Assembly (NCBI GenBank): GCA_964634615.1 | Contig: CAZWLQ010000005.1 | Span: 1-40,527, forward strand | Length of the DNA stretch: 40,527 nt | Reading direction: 5' to 3' | From: an uncultured Candidatus Saccharibacteria bacterium | Lineage (GTDB): Bacteria; Patescibacteriota; Minisyncoccia; Phycocordibacterales; EsbW-18 | Shown here: positions 15,601-25,177 of the stretch, one piece after another | Layout of the letters: each line of letters begins with the position of its first letter | Numbering within the stretch: position 1 is the stretch's first letter | Position numbers and translations under genes: made by a program | The notes under the pieces: generated by a model | Databases searched by the model: none | Told to the model about the DNA's origin: nothing | Seen by the model: only the letters and a program-made list of their open reading frames with translations

Positions 15601-17034
15601 TTAGTCTTTTCGTGCGAAGAGGTTCTCCGGCTTCTTGTTTGCCTTCACTGCGTCTTTGATGATTTTGGAAGTGGTAGGCATGAGCGGATTGAGCAAGCGG
15701 CCGATGGTGTAGAGCCGTACTGCGAGGTCGGCGATGAGTGCCTTTCCCTTCTCTGAATCTTCTTTCACGACTTTGAATGGCTGTGTTTCTTGGATAAGCG
15801 CATCACTCTCGGCAATCTTCTTCCAAATCAAATCGCTTGCTTCATTGAACTTAAACGCATCGAGTAGCGCAAAATATTCGGTAAAATCTTCCCATTCAGG
15901 AACCTGCACCGGCGCATCGAGATGCTCTTCCGCCATTTTCATCACGCGCGAAGTAAGATTACCCAGCCCATTTGCAAGACCAGCGTTATACCACTCATCG
16001 AGTTTCTCCCACGTAACATCTGAATCATCCACGGGGGCAACGTGACGCAAGAGAAGGTAGCGCGTTGCATCGGTTCCATATTTCTTCACAAGGTCATACG
16101 GACTAATCACATTGCCGAGACTTTTGCTCATGCGCTGACCACCAGAAATAATGAATCCGTGATAGAAGATCTGATCAGAGTTCTTTACCTGTGCGGACAT
16201 GAGCATCGCTTGCCACATCAATGACTGGAAACGGATCTGATCTTTGCCGGCCATTTGAAGCACTGTGCCCTCTTCCCAGAATTTTTTGAAATTCCCTGCT
16301 GAATCATCTGGCCAACCGAGCGTTGAAATATAGTCCGTCAGTGCATCGAACCACACATACATCACCTGCGTGTCATCCCCGGGAACGGGAATCCCCCACG
16401 CAAGACGCTCCTTCTGTCGTGAAATACTAAAATCTTCGAGTCCGTTTTTGACAAACTCAACAGCTTCGGTATTACGCCAATCAGGGACGATGACGTTTGG
16501 GCGCGAAAGGTACTCAAGAAGACGGTCTTGGTATTTACTGAATTTGAAAAAATAATTCTCTTCGGAGACCGTTTGGAGTTCGAGCGTTGGGTGCAAAGGA
16601 CAGTGTCCGTGTTCAAGCTCGCGAATCGTTTTATACGCCTCGCACCCGACACAATACAAACCTTCAAATTGTTTCTTGTAAATATCCCCTGCCGCCTCAC
16701 ATCGTCGCCACATCTCCTGTGCAGCCAGTATGTGATGTTCATCGGTCGTGCGGATGAACGCGTCGTTGCTCAAGTTCAAAATATCCTCACCACCAAGTTT
16801 TTTGACTTCGTTTGCGTAATGATCAACATATGCGTGCACCTCCTGCCCCGCTTTCACTGCTGCCTCATAAATCTTCTGCCCATGTTCATCGGTTCCGGTG
16901 TTAAAAAAGACGTCGTGGCCCTGAAGACGCCACGCACGTGCGAGCGCATCGGCTTGAATAAGCTCGAGTGCAAAACCAATATGCGGATCCGCATTCACGT
17001 ACGGCAATGTTGTCGTGATGTATCGCGCAGTCAT
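15601..17034 (-). CDS. metG: Methionyl-tRNA synthetase (short form, no C-terminal tRNA-binding domain)
   Basis: Class I motifs are present: an N-terminal PYVNADPHIGF (HIGH-like) motif and KMSKS. A Zn-knuckle-like CVGCEAY...HGHCPLH is also present. Confidence 0.93.
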   Translation of the reverse strand: MTARYITTTLPYVNADPHIGFALELIQADALARAWRLQGHDVFFNTGTDEHGQKIYEAAVKAGQEVHAYVDHYANEVKKLGGEDILNLSNDAFIRTTDEHHILAAQEMWRRCEAAGDIYKKQFEGLYCVGCEAYKTIRELEHGHCPLHPTLELQTVSEENYFFKFSKYQDRLLEYLSRPNVIVPDWRNTEAVEFVKNGLEDFSISRQKERLAWGIPVPGDDTQVMYVWFDALTDYISTLGWPDDSAGNFKKFWEEGTVLQMAGKDQIRFQSLMWQAMLMSAQVKNSDQIFYHGFIISGGQRMSKSLGNVISPYDLVKKYGTDATRYLLLRHVAPVDDSDVTWEKLDEWYNAGLANGLGNLTSRVMKMAEEHLDAPVQVPEWEDFTEYFALLDAFKFNEASDLIWKKIAESDALIQETQPFKVVKEDSEKGKALIADLAVRLYTIGRLLNPLMPTTSKIIKDAVKANKKPENLFARKD

Positions 17035-17037
17035 AGG

Positions 17038-18165
17038 TTACGGCGTCAGTCGTGGTGTCTCTCCGTTTTTGACCCCATCACCGATAGAGAGATACTTAAA
17101 ATCATTCACCAATTCCATAAATGCTGCAGCAAGCGGAACCGAGAGAAGTGCGCCGAGAAATCCTCCGAGCTGTCCCCCGATAATCAACGCCAACATCACC
17201 ACCATTGCCGGAACGCCGACCACTTTGTTCACCACCAACGGATAGATGAGGTGGTTCTCAAACTGCTGGATGATGATGAAGAGACCGCCGACCATCAATG
17301 CTTGTGATACGCCACCATCGGAAATGCCAACCAAAATCGGTGGAATCGATGAAATAACCGGACCAAACAGCGGAATGATTTCCAGAAGTCCCGCCAAGAG
17401 CGCAAAGAGGAATGCGTGCTTCACGCCAAGAATGGTGAGGCCGAGGAACACCAAGACGCCCACCAGAAGCATGAGAAGGAGTTGCCCTTGCATCCACTGT
17501 CCAATCTTTACTTGTGAGCGTTTCCAGAGATTGATTGCGTACGCCTGATGTTTTGGCGGCGTCACAATATGAAGGAAATTCTCGATCCCGCGTTCTTGCA
17601 CGGCGAAGTAAAACGAGAAAACGACAATCAAAACGAAAGAGAATACGCCACCGAAGACTGACGACACAACTTGGAATACACCGCCTGGAATTGCGAGGAG
17701 TGAGCGGAAACTCGAAACCAAATCCCCTGCGGAGAGCGTGTTTGAGATGCCCTGCAAGACCTCCGGTTGCTGCCCGATATTGAAACGGTCAAAGAGCGCC
17801 TGGGTGTCAACCTGTCCAACGTATTCGGGAAGCTGGGAGAGAAACGACGATGCTTCAAACAAAAGCGGCGGGAGCGCAAAATAGACAATACTAAACACAA
17901 GTACGGCGATTGAAAAATAAATCAACACCACCGCAATCGTGCGCGGCATCCTGTGACGCGTGAGCCAGCGCGTAATTGGCTCAACGGCTGATGCAATGAC
18001 AACCGCAGCAACCACGACCAACACAACATCGCGGAGGACAAACAGGAGGAAGAGTCCAATTAAAACCAGTGCCGATTTAAAAACCGAAATAGGGCTTATA
18101 TGAAGGGTTGTGTGGTTGGGAGCACTCATGGCCTCTAGTGTAAACGGTTTGGAGACCTTCCGCAA
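17038..18165 (-). CDS. AI-2E family transporter (PerM/UPF0118)
   Basis: A multi-TM protein with the C-terminal LLEIIPLFGPVISSIPPILV block typical of the family. Confidence 0.8.
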   Translation of the reverse strand: MRKVSKPFTLEAMSAPNHTTLHISPISVFKSALVLIGLFLLFVLRDVVLVVVAAVVIASAVEPITRWLTRHRMPRTIAVVLIYFSIAVLVFSIVYFALPPLLFEASSFLSQLPEYVGQVDTQALFDRFNIGQQPEVLQGISNTLSAGDLVSSFRSLLAIPGGVFQVVSSVFGGVFSFVLIVVFSFYFAVQERGIENFLHIVTPPKHQAYAINLWKRSQVKIGQWMQGQLLLMLLVGVLVFLGLTILGVKHAFLFALLAGLLEIIPLFGPVISSIPPILVGISDGGVSQALMVGGLFIIIQQFENHLIYPLVVNKVVGVPAMVVMLALIIGGQLGGFLGALLSVPLAAAFMELVNDFKYLSIGDGVKNGETPRLTP

Positions 18166-18182
18166 AAGCCACGCACTGGGTC

Positions 18183-20120
18183 TTAATCAACAACGCGGTC
18201 ATCACCCTCGTCAAAGCTTGGGTCATCGCCGAGAAGTGTGGTGCGTGCTTCGGTTGTGTATCCAACCGACACTCCAGCAAAGCCGTCTGTCGCCTTGAGC
18301 GTCGCGTCTTCAATCAACACTGGCGCAACACCGATTTGATTCACCGATGGAGTGAGTCCGACCTGAAATGCAAGCTCGCGGAATGGATTGGTGTATCCTG
18401 CACCCGCTCGGACTGTCCCGACCGTCCACGTAATCAAGCCAGTTGATTGATCGTACGTCACGTCTTCATCCGCAGGTTCAGTAACGCCCTTCCACACAAT
18501 GTATGGAGGAAGTTTTGCGGTGACCGTCGAGCCGCTGATGTCATTGATTGAACTTGCAATGCTCCAGAGGATTGTGTATGTCGTCTCCGTTTCAACCTTT
18601 GGTGGCATTGGTCCGATGTTGGTGATTGTGCCACTGTCGTGGAGCGCAATCGTTGAGAGTGATGCATCGGTGACAAACTTCAGAAGCCCCTCTGATTCTG
18701 TTGCAACAATCTCTGGTGTATCGCTGTTGCCGATTGGAACACCGCGAAGAGAAACTCCGAGATGCACTTCTGGGTTCAAGTTTTTACCACCCATTTTTTC
18801 TGACGAGAGTGTCGTGAAGTTCACAATCGCGCGACCGCTCTCTCCCGCTTCAAGCACCGAAAATTCGCTCACGCTCCGCTTGTCCCACGTCAGTGTGTTT
18901 TTCGCAGAATCATAGAATCCTGTTGACGATTTGATGGTCTTCTCATCAATACCGTCGCCATCGAGCGTGAGTGTGAGTACTGCATCGCCCAACTTGTCAG
19001 AGAGGTTGTTCCGCCATGCGATTTCAAGCGAAACATCCTGGCCAGGAGCAACGACTAGCGTGTCCCCTGTCTCACCATCAATCGAGAATCCAAGATCAAC
19101 GAATGGCCGCGCGATGACGATTGTGTGCTCTGCATTTGCGAACGACGTGCCAATGTCAGTCAAATCATTGTCGTTTTCAGCGACGCCAATCTCGAACCTA
19201 AAAATACGCTCTTCATCGTCTTGACCTTCAAGTGAACCCTGAATCATGATGGTTCGCTTGCCGTTCGGCTCCATGTCGCCCAATGCCCACACGGTTTCGC
19301 TGAATGTTGGGGTTGGATTTCCGGAAGCAAATTCGAAGCCAAATGGATAGTTTGCTTTGAGAAGCACATTTTCAAGTGGTGCAGAAGAGTTTGACGCAAT
19401 GGTCACCTCGAGCTGCACGTCATTGCCTGAATTGAGTGCATTCGGTGCGTCGATTGAAAGTCGAATCGGGCTATCATCAATTTCAACTTCAAAGAGTCGT
19501 TCCTTGACGAAAATTGCGTTGCTTCCCACAACACGATACTCGAGCGACACGATAACGTTCTGTTTTGTCCCCTCTTCACCAAAGATGATTGCTTTCGATG
19601 TTGTTGCAACACGCTCTCCAGGAGAAAGATCGCCAAGACCCGCGCGCGTACGCAAGAGAGACACCGTAACATCGTCTGCCGAGCGCGTGCCTGGTGGATA
19701 CTCAATGGACAAATCGGCAACCTCCAGTGTTGATGCGTTGTTGTTTTTGATTTCAATTGCAAGTGGCAATGCTTCCCCCGCAGCAACTTTTGTTGGTCCG
19801 GTGACCGTGATTTCAATTTTGTCGGCGGAGAGAACATTCCTGTTGCCTGTGAGGAAGAATGCCGCGGTGCCGAGTGCTGCTAAAAAGAAAACGGCCGCAA
19901 TGGCGAAGAGCCATGTGGCATATGTTTTATGTTTTTTGGTGAATCGCATACGACTTAAGAGTGACCCTTGGTCCTCGTGATCATGCTGCCAATCGGTTTC
20001 AACGTTGCGGACTTCTCGATGAAATCCTGCCCGTGCGAACGACCCTGACACGTCGGCGTTCGGTGTATCAATTTTGTTTTGGAGTTCCTCAATCGGACTC
20101 TCTATCTCGGGCTTTTGCAT
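18183..20120 (-). CDS. Large membrane-anchored extracellular protein with repeated beta-rich modules
   Basis: One N-terminal TM (ATWLFAIAAVFFLAALGTAAFFL) followed by ~550 aa rich in T/S/V/G/E. The start may be ATG at 20120 (TATACT box 8 nt upstream) or GTG at 20141. Confidence 0.7.
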   Translation of the reverse strand: MQKPEIESPIEELQNKIDTPNADVSGSFARAGFHREVRNVETDWQHDHEDQGSLLSRMRFTKKHKTYATWLFAIAAVFFLAALGTAAFFLTGNRNVLSADKIEITVTGPTKVAAGEALPLAIEIKNNNASTLEVADLSIEYPPGTRSADDVTVSLLRTRAGLGDLSPGERVATTSKAIIFGEEGTKQNVIVSLEYRVVGSNAIFVKERLFEVEIDDSPIRLSIDAPNALNSGNDVQLEVTIASNSSAPLENVLLKANYPFGFEFASGNPTPTFSETVWALGDMEPNGKRTIMIQGSLEGQDDEERIFRFEIGVAENDNDLTDIGTSFANAEHTIVIARPFVDLGFSIDGETGDTLVVAPGQDVSLEIAWRNNLSDKLGDAVLTLTLDGDGIDEKTIKSSTGFYDSAKNTLTWDKRSVSEFSVLEAGESGRAIVNFTTLSSEKMGGKNLNPEVHLGVSLRGVPIGNSDTPEIVATESEGLLKFVTDASLSTIALHDSGTITNIGPMPPKVETETTYTILWSIASSINDISGSTVTAKLPPYIVWKGVTEPADEDVTYDQSTGLITWTVGTVRAGAGYTNPFRELAFQVGLTPSVNQIGVAPVLIEDATLKATDGFAGVSVGYTTEARTTLLGDDPSFDEGDDRVVD

Positions 20121-20233
20121 ACACTGACAGTATATCGCCACTAGGGTTTAGGGTATAGGGAGAAATGAGCTGCGGGATGCGAGATGCGTGTGAATACGAG
20201 ATGCGCGTAGGAGCGACATGAACCATCTAAGAC

Positions 20234-20262
20234 TAAAAAGAAACGGCCTCCCGAAGGAGGCG
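20234..20262 (-). terminator. Terminator of orphan gene 20289-20708
   Basis: Minus strand reads gcctcc-ttcg-ggaggc followed by cgtttcttttt. Confidence 0.75.
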
Positions 20263-20288
20263 TGGTCTCGCAATGAACCGACTGATGA

Positions 20289-20708
20289 CTACCAACCAAG
20301 GCGAGTGTGGCCTTTCTCGCTCTTCACCAAACAAATTCCTAGGTCACGCTGCTTTCCCAACGAATCTCGCTGAAGGAGAAGTGGCGCTTGACACCCGCAG
20401 TTCGCATAGGCGTGCAGTGTGAGCGTGTGGCCCTCCCTGTCAATCATCCCCGAGTTGGATTCATCGCTCCAGTTGAAGAGTTCCAGCTTCCAGACAATCA
20501 AACATGCCGTACAACCATTCCAACAATGTGTATGCACATCACCAATTCTTTCATCTAACCAGGAAGGGACACGGTCGCCAGCGGCACAAACCGCCGAACC
20601 AAGGTTGCCACCACACTTCGGGCACCGTTGGAGCGAATTCGTTTTTCTGATCTGTTCGAAAACGTCTTGAAGTAGGGCGGCCTTGTCGAGCTGTGGGTGG
20701 TTACTCAT
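20289..20708 (-). CDS. Orphan Cys-rich protein, 139 aa (CPKCGG ... HTHCWNGCTAC ... CGC), possibly zinc-binding
   Basis: Very strong SD GAGGAGGTG 4 nt upstream of the ATG at 20708. The longer ORF-track start at 20837 lacks any signal and runs through the promoter. Confidence 0.6.
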   Translation of the reverse strand: MSNHPQLDKAALLQDVFEQIRKTNSLQRCPKCGGNLGSAVCAAGDRVPSWLDERIGDVHTHCWNGCTACLIVWKLELFNWSDESNSGMIDREGHTLTLHAYANCGCQAPLLLQRDSLGKQRDLGICLVKSEKGHTRLGW

Positions 20709-20748
20709 CTCGCACCTCCTCGGGAGCGGTAGCTGTCGTCTGTCGGAG

Positions 20749-20776
20749 ATACTACACCAACCAGACCCACCGTCAA
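20749..20776 (-). promoter_or_regulatory. Promoter TTGACG-16 nt-TAGTAT for orphan gene 20708
   Basis: Read on the minus strand. Just upstream are gggatacg-agtatc-gggatacggg repeats, including the inverted repeat GATACgaGTATC. Confidence 0.55.
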
Positions 20777-20848
20777 TCAATGGGCCGTAGACACCCGTAT
20801 CCCGATACTCGTATCCCACATCCGCTTTTTGCGACACGTTGTGTGATT

Positions 20849-21550
20849 TTATATCACATCAAACTCCTGGAACACCTGCCGATAGAGATCAATCACGCGT
20901 TTTGCTTCACGATTGGTAAGAATGTAGTCGGAACCCGAATGCGCAATGCGGTTACGAATCTTGTGCGCTTCCCATGCAAGATCAAGTGTTTGGAAATCGC
21001 TCTTCTCGACACCCTTTAACATGTCACCGAGTGAATCGCCATGGTATCCCATGCTTCGCACAAGTTCGTGAAGCGCAATGTCTGCTTCGATAATTGCAAC
21101 ACGCCAGTCACCGGGATTTTCAGACGACCCGAGTGTCTCGATTCGCTCCCATCGCTCGTTCTTATCCTTGTTTGCGTCACTTGATAGTTTTGCTTCAAGC
21201 ATCTTGAGTGTCGCCCGTTCTTTTTCACGTATCTTCTTCAACTGAAGAGATGCATACATTGCTCCTACACCAAAGACGACGGAAACAATCATTGATATCC
21301 AAAGAAATGGCCCGCGGAGCATTGCATACAGTGCCGTCAGAAAACCTGACCGCGAAAAAAGGGTGCGGAGCGCGTCCACAACAGATGTCTCGCCGTTTGC
21401 GTTGAGTACGCCACCAAGCGCAGATACGAGCGCAGCAATGACCGCCAGCAACACAAGAATCATAACCAACTTCGTTGCCGCGTCTGCATCGGTTATCTTT
21501 TTTGGTGCTGCGGGTTTTCCACCTCCTTTTCCTCCTGGTTTTTCTGCCAT
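20849..21550 (-). CDS. Conserved hypothetical membrane protein, 233 aa
   Basis: Lys/Gly-rich N-terminus, two TM segments, and a C-terminal helical domain (AWEAHKIRNRIAHSG). Confidence 0.65.
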   Translation of the reverse strand: MAEKPGGKGGGKPAAPKKITDADAATKLVMILVLLAVIAALVSALGGVLNANGETSVVDALRTLFSRSGFLTALYAMLRGPFLWISMIVSVVFGVGAMYASLQLKKIREKERATLKMLEAKLSSDANKDKNERWERIETLGSSENPGDWRVAIIEADIALHELVRSMGYHGDSLGDMLKGVEKSDFQTLDLAWEAHKIRNRIAHSGSDYILTNREAKRVIDLYRQVFQEFDVI

Positions 21551-21559
21551 GGATTTAGT

Positions 21560-22987
21560 TTACTCTATTTCACCAAGGAATCGCTTGCCGACTGTGAAGA
21601 GCCGAGCTTCTCCCATATGCGGTGCAATCAGTTGCAGTCCTAATGGAAGCGCAACGCCATCTTCCTCGACTGTTCCTGAAGGAACAGAGATCGCCGGCAT
21701 ATGCGTTAGATTCGCTGATGCGGTGAAAATATCTTCGAGGTACATCTGCACGGGGTCATTTACTTTTGCGCCAATTTTGAAAGCAGGACCGGCTGTGGTC
21801 GGTGTAGCAATGACGTCACACTTTTCAAGTGCTTCCGTAAAATCTTTTGTGATCATTGCGCGAACCGCATTCGCTTTGTTGTAGTACGCATCATAGTAAC
21901 CAGAGGAGAGCACGTAGGTGCCGAGCATGATGCGGCGGCGTGGCTCTGGGCCAAACCCTTTGCCGCGCGTGAGCATATAGTCTCCCATGAGATCATCGCC
22001 ATCGATATGTAAGCCATATTTCACGCCATCAAAACGTGCGAGGTTTGTTGATGCTTCTGCAGGCACAATGACGTAGTATGTTGGCACCGTATATTTCACA
22101 TACGGTAGTTCAATCGGCACGATTTCATAACCAAGTGACTCAAGCGACTCAAGGTTTTTCTTGAATACAGCATAGACATCTTCACGTAGTCCGCACTCTT
22201 CTAAAAATGTAGTTGGTACGCCGATTTTTTTTACACCAGCATCAAGCTTCGGATAATCACCTTCATCCACTGTTGTGCTGTCCATCGGATCCTTCCCTTT
22301 TATTACCTGAAACATCGCTTCAACATCAGTAACCGTCTGTCCAAGAGGGCCTATCGAATCAAGAGATGACGCCATCGCAATCAATCCGCTACGTGACACG
22401 CTCCCGTATGTGACCTTGAGTCCGACAATGCCGCACAGGGCTGACGGCTGACGAATAGAGCCACCCGTTTCAGACCCAAACGCTCCAAGTACCATGCCGC
22501 AAGCAACTGCTGCTGCTGAACCGCCCGATGATCCTCCGGCGACGCGTGTTGGATCAAGAGGATGTTTGGTGACTCCATATGCAGAGTTCTCTGTTGAAGC
22601 ACCCATGGCAGAGTCGTCCATGTTTGTCCTGCCAACAATTACTGCGCCCGCCTTTTTTAACTTTTTGACTGCGGTTGCGTCGTATACCGCCTTGTGTCCC
22701 TTCAAGATATTTGAACACGCGGTCGAAATTTTTCCTTGAACCAAAATGTTGTCTTTCAAAGCGACAGGGATTCCTAAGAGCGGACCCGTCTCCCCCGCAC
22801 TCCTTCGTGCATCAGCTGCTTGCGCTTGGAGGATTGCATCGTCGAACACTTCGAGGAATGCATGAATCTCTGTGTCGTTCTCTTCGATCGCAGCGAGACA
22901 TTCGCGCGTCAATTCTTCCGAGGTCGTTTCTCGTTTCTCAAGCGCTCTCTGCGCCTCCGCTATAGTTTTGTATTTGAGTTCAGACAT
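21560..22987 (-). CDS. gatA: Glu-tRNA(Gln) amidotransferase subunit A
   Basis: Amidase signature GGSSGGSAAAVA, with typical length and context next to gatC. Confidence 0.93.
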   Translation of the reverse strand: MSELKYKTIAEAQRALEKRETTSEELTRECLAAIEENDTEIHAFLEVFDDAILQAQAADARRSAGETGPLLGIPVALKDNILVQGKISTACSNILKGHKAVYDATAVKKLKKAGAVIVGRTNMDDSAMGASTENSAYGVTKHPLDPTRVAGGSSGGSAAAVACGMVLGAFGSETGGSIRQPSALCGIVGLKVTYGSVSRSGLIAMASSLDSIGPLGQTVTDVEAMFQVIKGKDPMDSTTVDEGDYPKLDAGVKKIGVPTTFLEECGLREDVYAVFKKNLESLESLGYEIVPIELPYVKYTVPTYYVIVPAEASTNLARFDGVKYGLHIDGDDLMGDYMLTRGKGFGPEPRRRIMLGTYVLSSGYYDAYYNKANAVRAMITKDFTEALEKCDVIATPTTAGPAFKIGAKVNDPVQMYLEDIFTASANLTHMPAISVPSGTVEEDGVALPLGLQLIAPHMGEARLFTVGKRFLGEIE

Positions 22988-23003
22988 AGTTCTGCGTTCT
23001 GTC

Positions 23004-23023
23004 CCTGCCTGCCGGCAGGCAGG
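23004..23023. repeat. Perfect 20-nt palindrome cctgcctgccggcaggcagg (copy 2), in the gatC-gatA spacer
   Basis: Identical to 2154-2173. Confidence 0.9.
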
Positions 23024-23037
23024 CGCGTGTTCCGCGT

Positions 23038-23322
23038 CTATAGTATTTTCTTCACGCGAACATAGTTTCCCTCTCTCGCAGGTGCCTGTGCCAAAATCGC
23101 ATCAGTGTAGACACCGCTCTCATGAGGATTGATGTCGTCGCGAAATACGTTGAAGACCGCCCCTGTCTGTGGAACGTGCGCGTCACCCTCGTTTTTAGCG
23201 CCTTGAATCTGCTCAACGAATCCGAGGATATTTTCGCTCTCTTTAGCAAGTGATTCCGCCTCTTCGGTCGAGAGGTCAATACGGGCAAGCTTTGAAAGTG
23301 CCTGGATGTCTGGTTTGGTCAT
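23038..23322 (-). CDS. gatC: Glu-tRNA(Gln) amidotransferase subunit C
   Basis: MTKPDIQALSKLARIDLSTEE.. is typical of GatC. The ATG at 23322 is preferred over the ORF-track start at 23379. Confidence 0.88.
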   Translation of the reverse strand: MTKPDIQALSKLARIDLSTEEAESLAKESENILGFVEQIQGAKNEGDAHVPQTGAVFNVFRDDINPHESGVYTDAILAQAPAREGNYVRVKKIL

Positions 23323-23420
23323 ACGTGGAGCCAGTTTAGCATGATTTTTAGTTGTGATGATAGACAAAATAGCTATCAAAAAGGGTGGTGCTATAGTTTA
23401 GAAAGACAAAGGAGGAAACC

Positions 23421-23711
23421 ATGCCACCGAAAAAGAAGTCTAAAAGATCGTCGGGCGAAGTACCGCCAATCAAGCCCGTGGCTGTTGCACTCAAGGATTG
23501 GCCTGCGCATGCAAAAAGGACTCTTGAGGAAATCGAGAGGAGCGAGCGCTTGACCGCAGCAGACATGGCGGTGACCATCAACGCTCGTCCGCCAGAGGAA
23601 GAAGTTCCTACGCCTCGTTTTCCGTGGCAGAAGGAGCTTCGCGAGCGAGCAAAGCGAGCGCGTGCTGGTGAGCAGATCACCGCAAAAGATCTCAGCATTG
23701 TTGTTCGATGA
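23421..23711 (+). CDS. Orphan basic/helical protein, 96 aa
   Basis: Strong SD AAGGAGG 5 nt upstream of ATG, and its own terminator. A possible ribbon-helix-helix-like core (PVAVALKDWPAHAKRTLEEIERS) is speculative. Confidence 0.55.
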   Translation: MPPKKKSKRSSGEVPPIKPVAVALKDWPAHAKRTLEEIERSERLTAADMAVTINARPPEEEVPTPRFPWQKELRERAKRARAGEQITAKDLSIVVR

Positions 23712-23729
23712 CCTTCCTGTTCTTTGATA

Positions 23730-23756
23730 GCCCCGACTTGTTCGGGGCATTTGCGT
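23730..23756 (+). terminator. Terminator of 23421-23711
   Basis: gccccga-cttgt-tcggggc followed by atttgcgtt. Confidence 0.7.
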
Positions 23757-23761
23757 TGTAT

Positions 23762-23796
23762 AAAAAAGAAAAAGGCCCCGCAGGCGATGCGGGGCC
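23762..23796 (-). terminator. Terminator of module B (conserved with 24564-24597)
   Basis: Minus strand reads ggccccgc-atcgcct-gcggggcc followed by tttttctttttt. Confidence 0.85.
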
Positions 23797-23823
23797 GATG
23801 GAAAACGAACAGACCGAGAAAAA

Positions 23824-24396
23824 CTAAGCGGCGGGTTTAGAAGCGTCCTTCAGCGCCGCAGGAACGAAGTCCTTGAAGGAGGCGTCCGGCTTGAGGTCTT
23901 TGTAGCCAAGCCCAATGGCAGCGTCCCGCAACTCGCGGAAACAGCCGACCACACGAAGAAATGTCTCCTTCTTCTCCACCACCTTCAGTTGAGCGAGATT
24001 CTCGCCATCACCACTGTCGGCGCATGCGAGCGCACGCTCCGCATCGTTTAGTTCGAGGTTGGCAAGCCAGGCTCCAGATGCCAGTCTCGAAAGGTGCGCG
24101 AAGATGACTTCGAAGTCGACGCAGTATTTCCTGATGATCAGCTCACGTCGGTAGTTGCCGGCGATGTCTCCGTCCATCAGGTTGATCGGAACGAAGAAAA
24201 GGAAGGCGTTGACGGCTGCAACACCGATCGAAAGAAGGATCTTGGCATCTGTCTTGAGGCCGAAATCACTTTTCGCGATCAACAAGATCAGCGCGGCTGT
24301 GAGCAACAACCAACCGACCTTTCCGATCACTTCCGCAAACCGGCGCTCGAACTTAAGGTTTCTCATCTCCTTGCTGACATCACACTTGGTGGACAT
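23824..24396 (-). CDS. Orphan 2-TM protein, 190 aa (module B)
   Basis: SD AAGGAG 6 nt upstream of ATG. Two N-terminal TM helices precede a helical cytoplasmic domain ending ..GLGYKDLKP... Confidence 0.65.
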   Translation of the reverse strand: MSTKCDVSKEMRNLKFERRFAEVIGKVGWLLLTAALILLIAKSDFGLKTDAKILLSIGVAAVNAFLFFVPINLMDGDIAGNYRRELIIRKYCVDFEVIFAHLSRLASGAWLANLELNDAERALACADSGDGENLAQLKVVEKKETFLRVVGCFRELRDAAIGLGYKDLKPDASFKDFVPAALKDASKPAA

Positions 24397-24534
24397 CCAC
24401 TTCTCCTTCTCCCGCTATCGCGGGACTTAGTTCCCGCCACAACGGCCAAGTGAGATCGACTCACTAGAAGAGACGGTCGGCGCCTCTCAAGGAACTTTCG
24501 GAAAGATAGTGCTCCGAAAAATAAGTGTTGTCAA
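24397..24534 (-). promoter_or_regulatory. Module B promoter (TTGACA-17 nt-CACTAT), operator-like palindrome and ~100-nt conserved leader
   Basis: Blockwise identical to 25178-25312. The inverted repeat TTTCGGA-N9-TCCGAAA overlaps the -10 box. The leader contains GCGGGA-acuaag-UCCCGC-gaua-GCGGGA adjacent to the SD. Confidence 0.7.
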
Positions 24535-24563
24535 GATTATCCGAGGGGGTTCATCCGTATGTA

Positions 24564-24597
24564 TAAAAGAAAAAGGCCCCGCGTCGCGTGCGGGGCT
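24564..24597 (-). terminator. Terminator of module C
   Basis: Minus strand reads agccccgc-acgcgac-gcggggcc followed by tttttctttt. Confidence 0.85.
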
Positions 24598-24622
24598 GAA
24601 TGGAAAACGAGAGGCGGAGATA

Positions 24623-25177
24623 TCAGGAATCCGTTTCAGCAACCTCCGCGACGGGGGTCTTGTAGGCGGCCGAGGTAGCTTCGACCTTGTAGCCAAGCTG
24701 CTTGGCTAGGGCGTGGAATGCCCAGAACCTCGCCTTGCGCTCAGCGACGCTTCTTTTCGCATGCCACAACAGGCCGTGCATCTCTTCTGAATTGTCGTCT
24801 GCGGCAGCAGGATCAGCACACTTTCGACTCTCCGCCCGTTCTTGAAGAAGTACGACCTCCCGATCGAAAGCAGCTTCAAGATAGGAGTAAAGCTCCCGCA
24901 GTGTGGCATCGACGAGCGGGCTGAGGGTGAGCATCTGCCTAAAACGGATTTCCTTCTCCAGCCGTCGATGGACTGGCAAGGAGCATAGGGACTTGAGAAA
25001 GGTGATCCCAAGGAAGAAGGTGCTGAGAGTGATCCAGACGAACCACCCTTGTCCCTCCTTCACACTGGGGCCAAGGACCCACGATGCTAAGAAGGAGCTC
25101 CCCAATACCAGGATCCAGTAAAAAATGCGTAGTCGCTTCACATCCTTGCTCTTCATGAACTGCTCGTAACCAGACAT
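24623..25177 (-). CDS. Orphan 2-TM protein, 184 aa (module C), a distant paralogue of 23824-24396
   Basis: SD GGGGGAGG 6 nt upstream of ATG. It has the same topology as module B and shares short motifs (..CAD.. acidic patch, ..LGYK..). Confidence 0.65.
   Translation of the reverse strand: MSGYEQFMKSKDVKRLRIFYWILVLGSSFLASWVLGPSVKEGQGWFVWITLSTFFLGITFLKSLCSLPVHRRLEKEIRFRQMLTLSPLVDATLRELYSYLEAAFDREVVLLQERAESRKCADPAAADDNSEEMHGLLWHAKRSVAERKARFWAFHALAKQLGYKVEATSAAYKTPVAEVAETDS

Noticed and set aside
12849-20162. G-rich words GGGGTATAGGGTTTAG (12849-12865) and AGGGTTTAGGGTATAGGG (20144-20161), telomere-like or G-quadruplex candidates
   Set aside because: There are only two short intergenic copies with shuffled order. 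There are too few G-runs for a confident G4, and no further context. Noted only as a possible minor repeat word.
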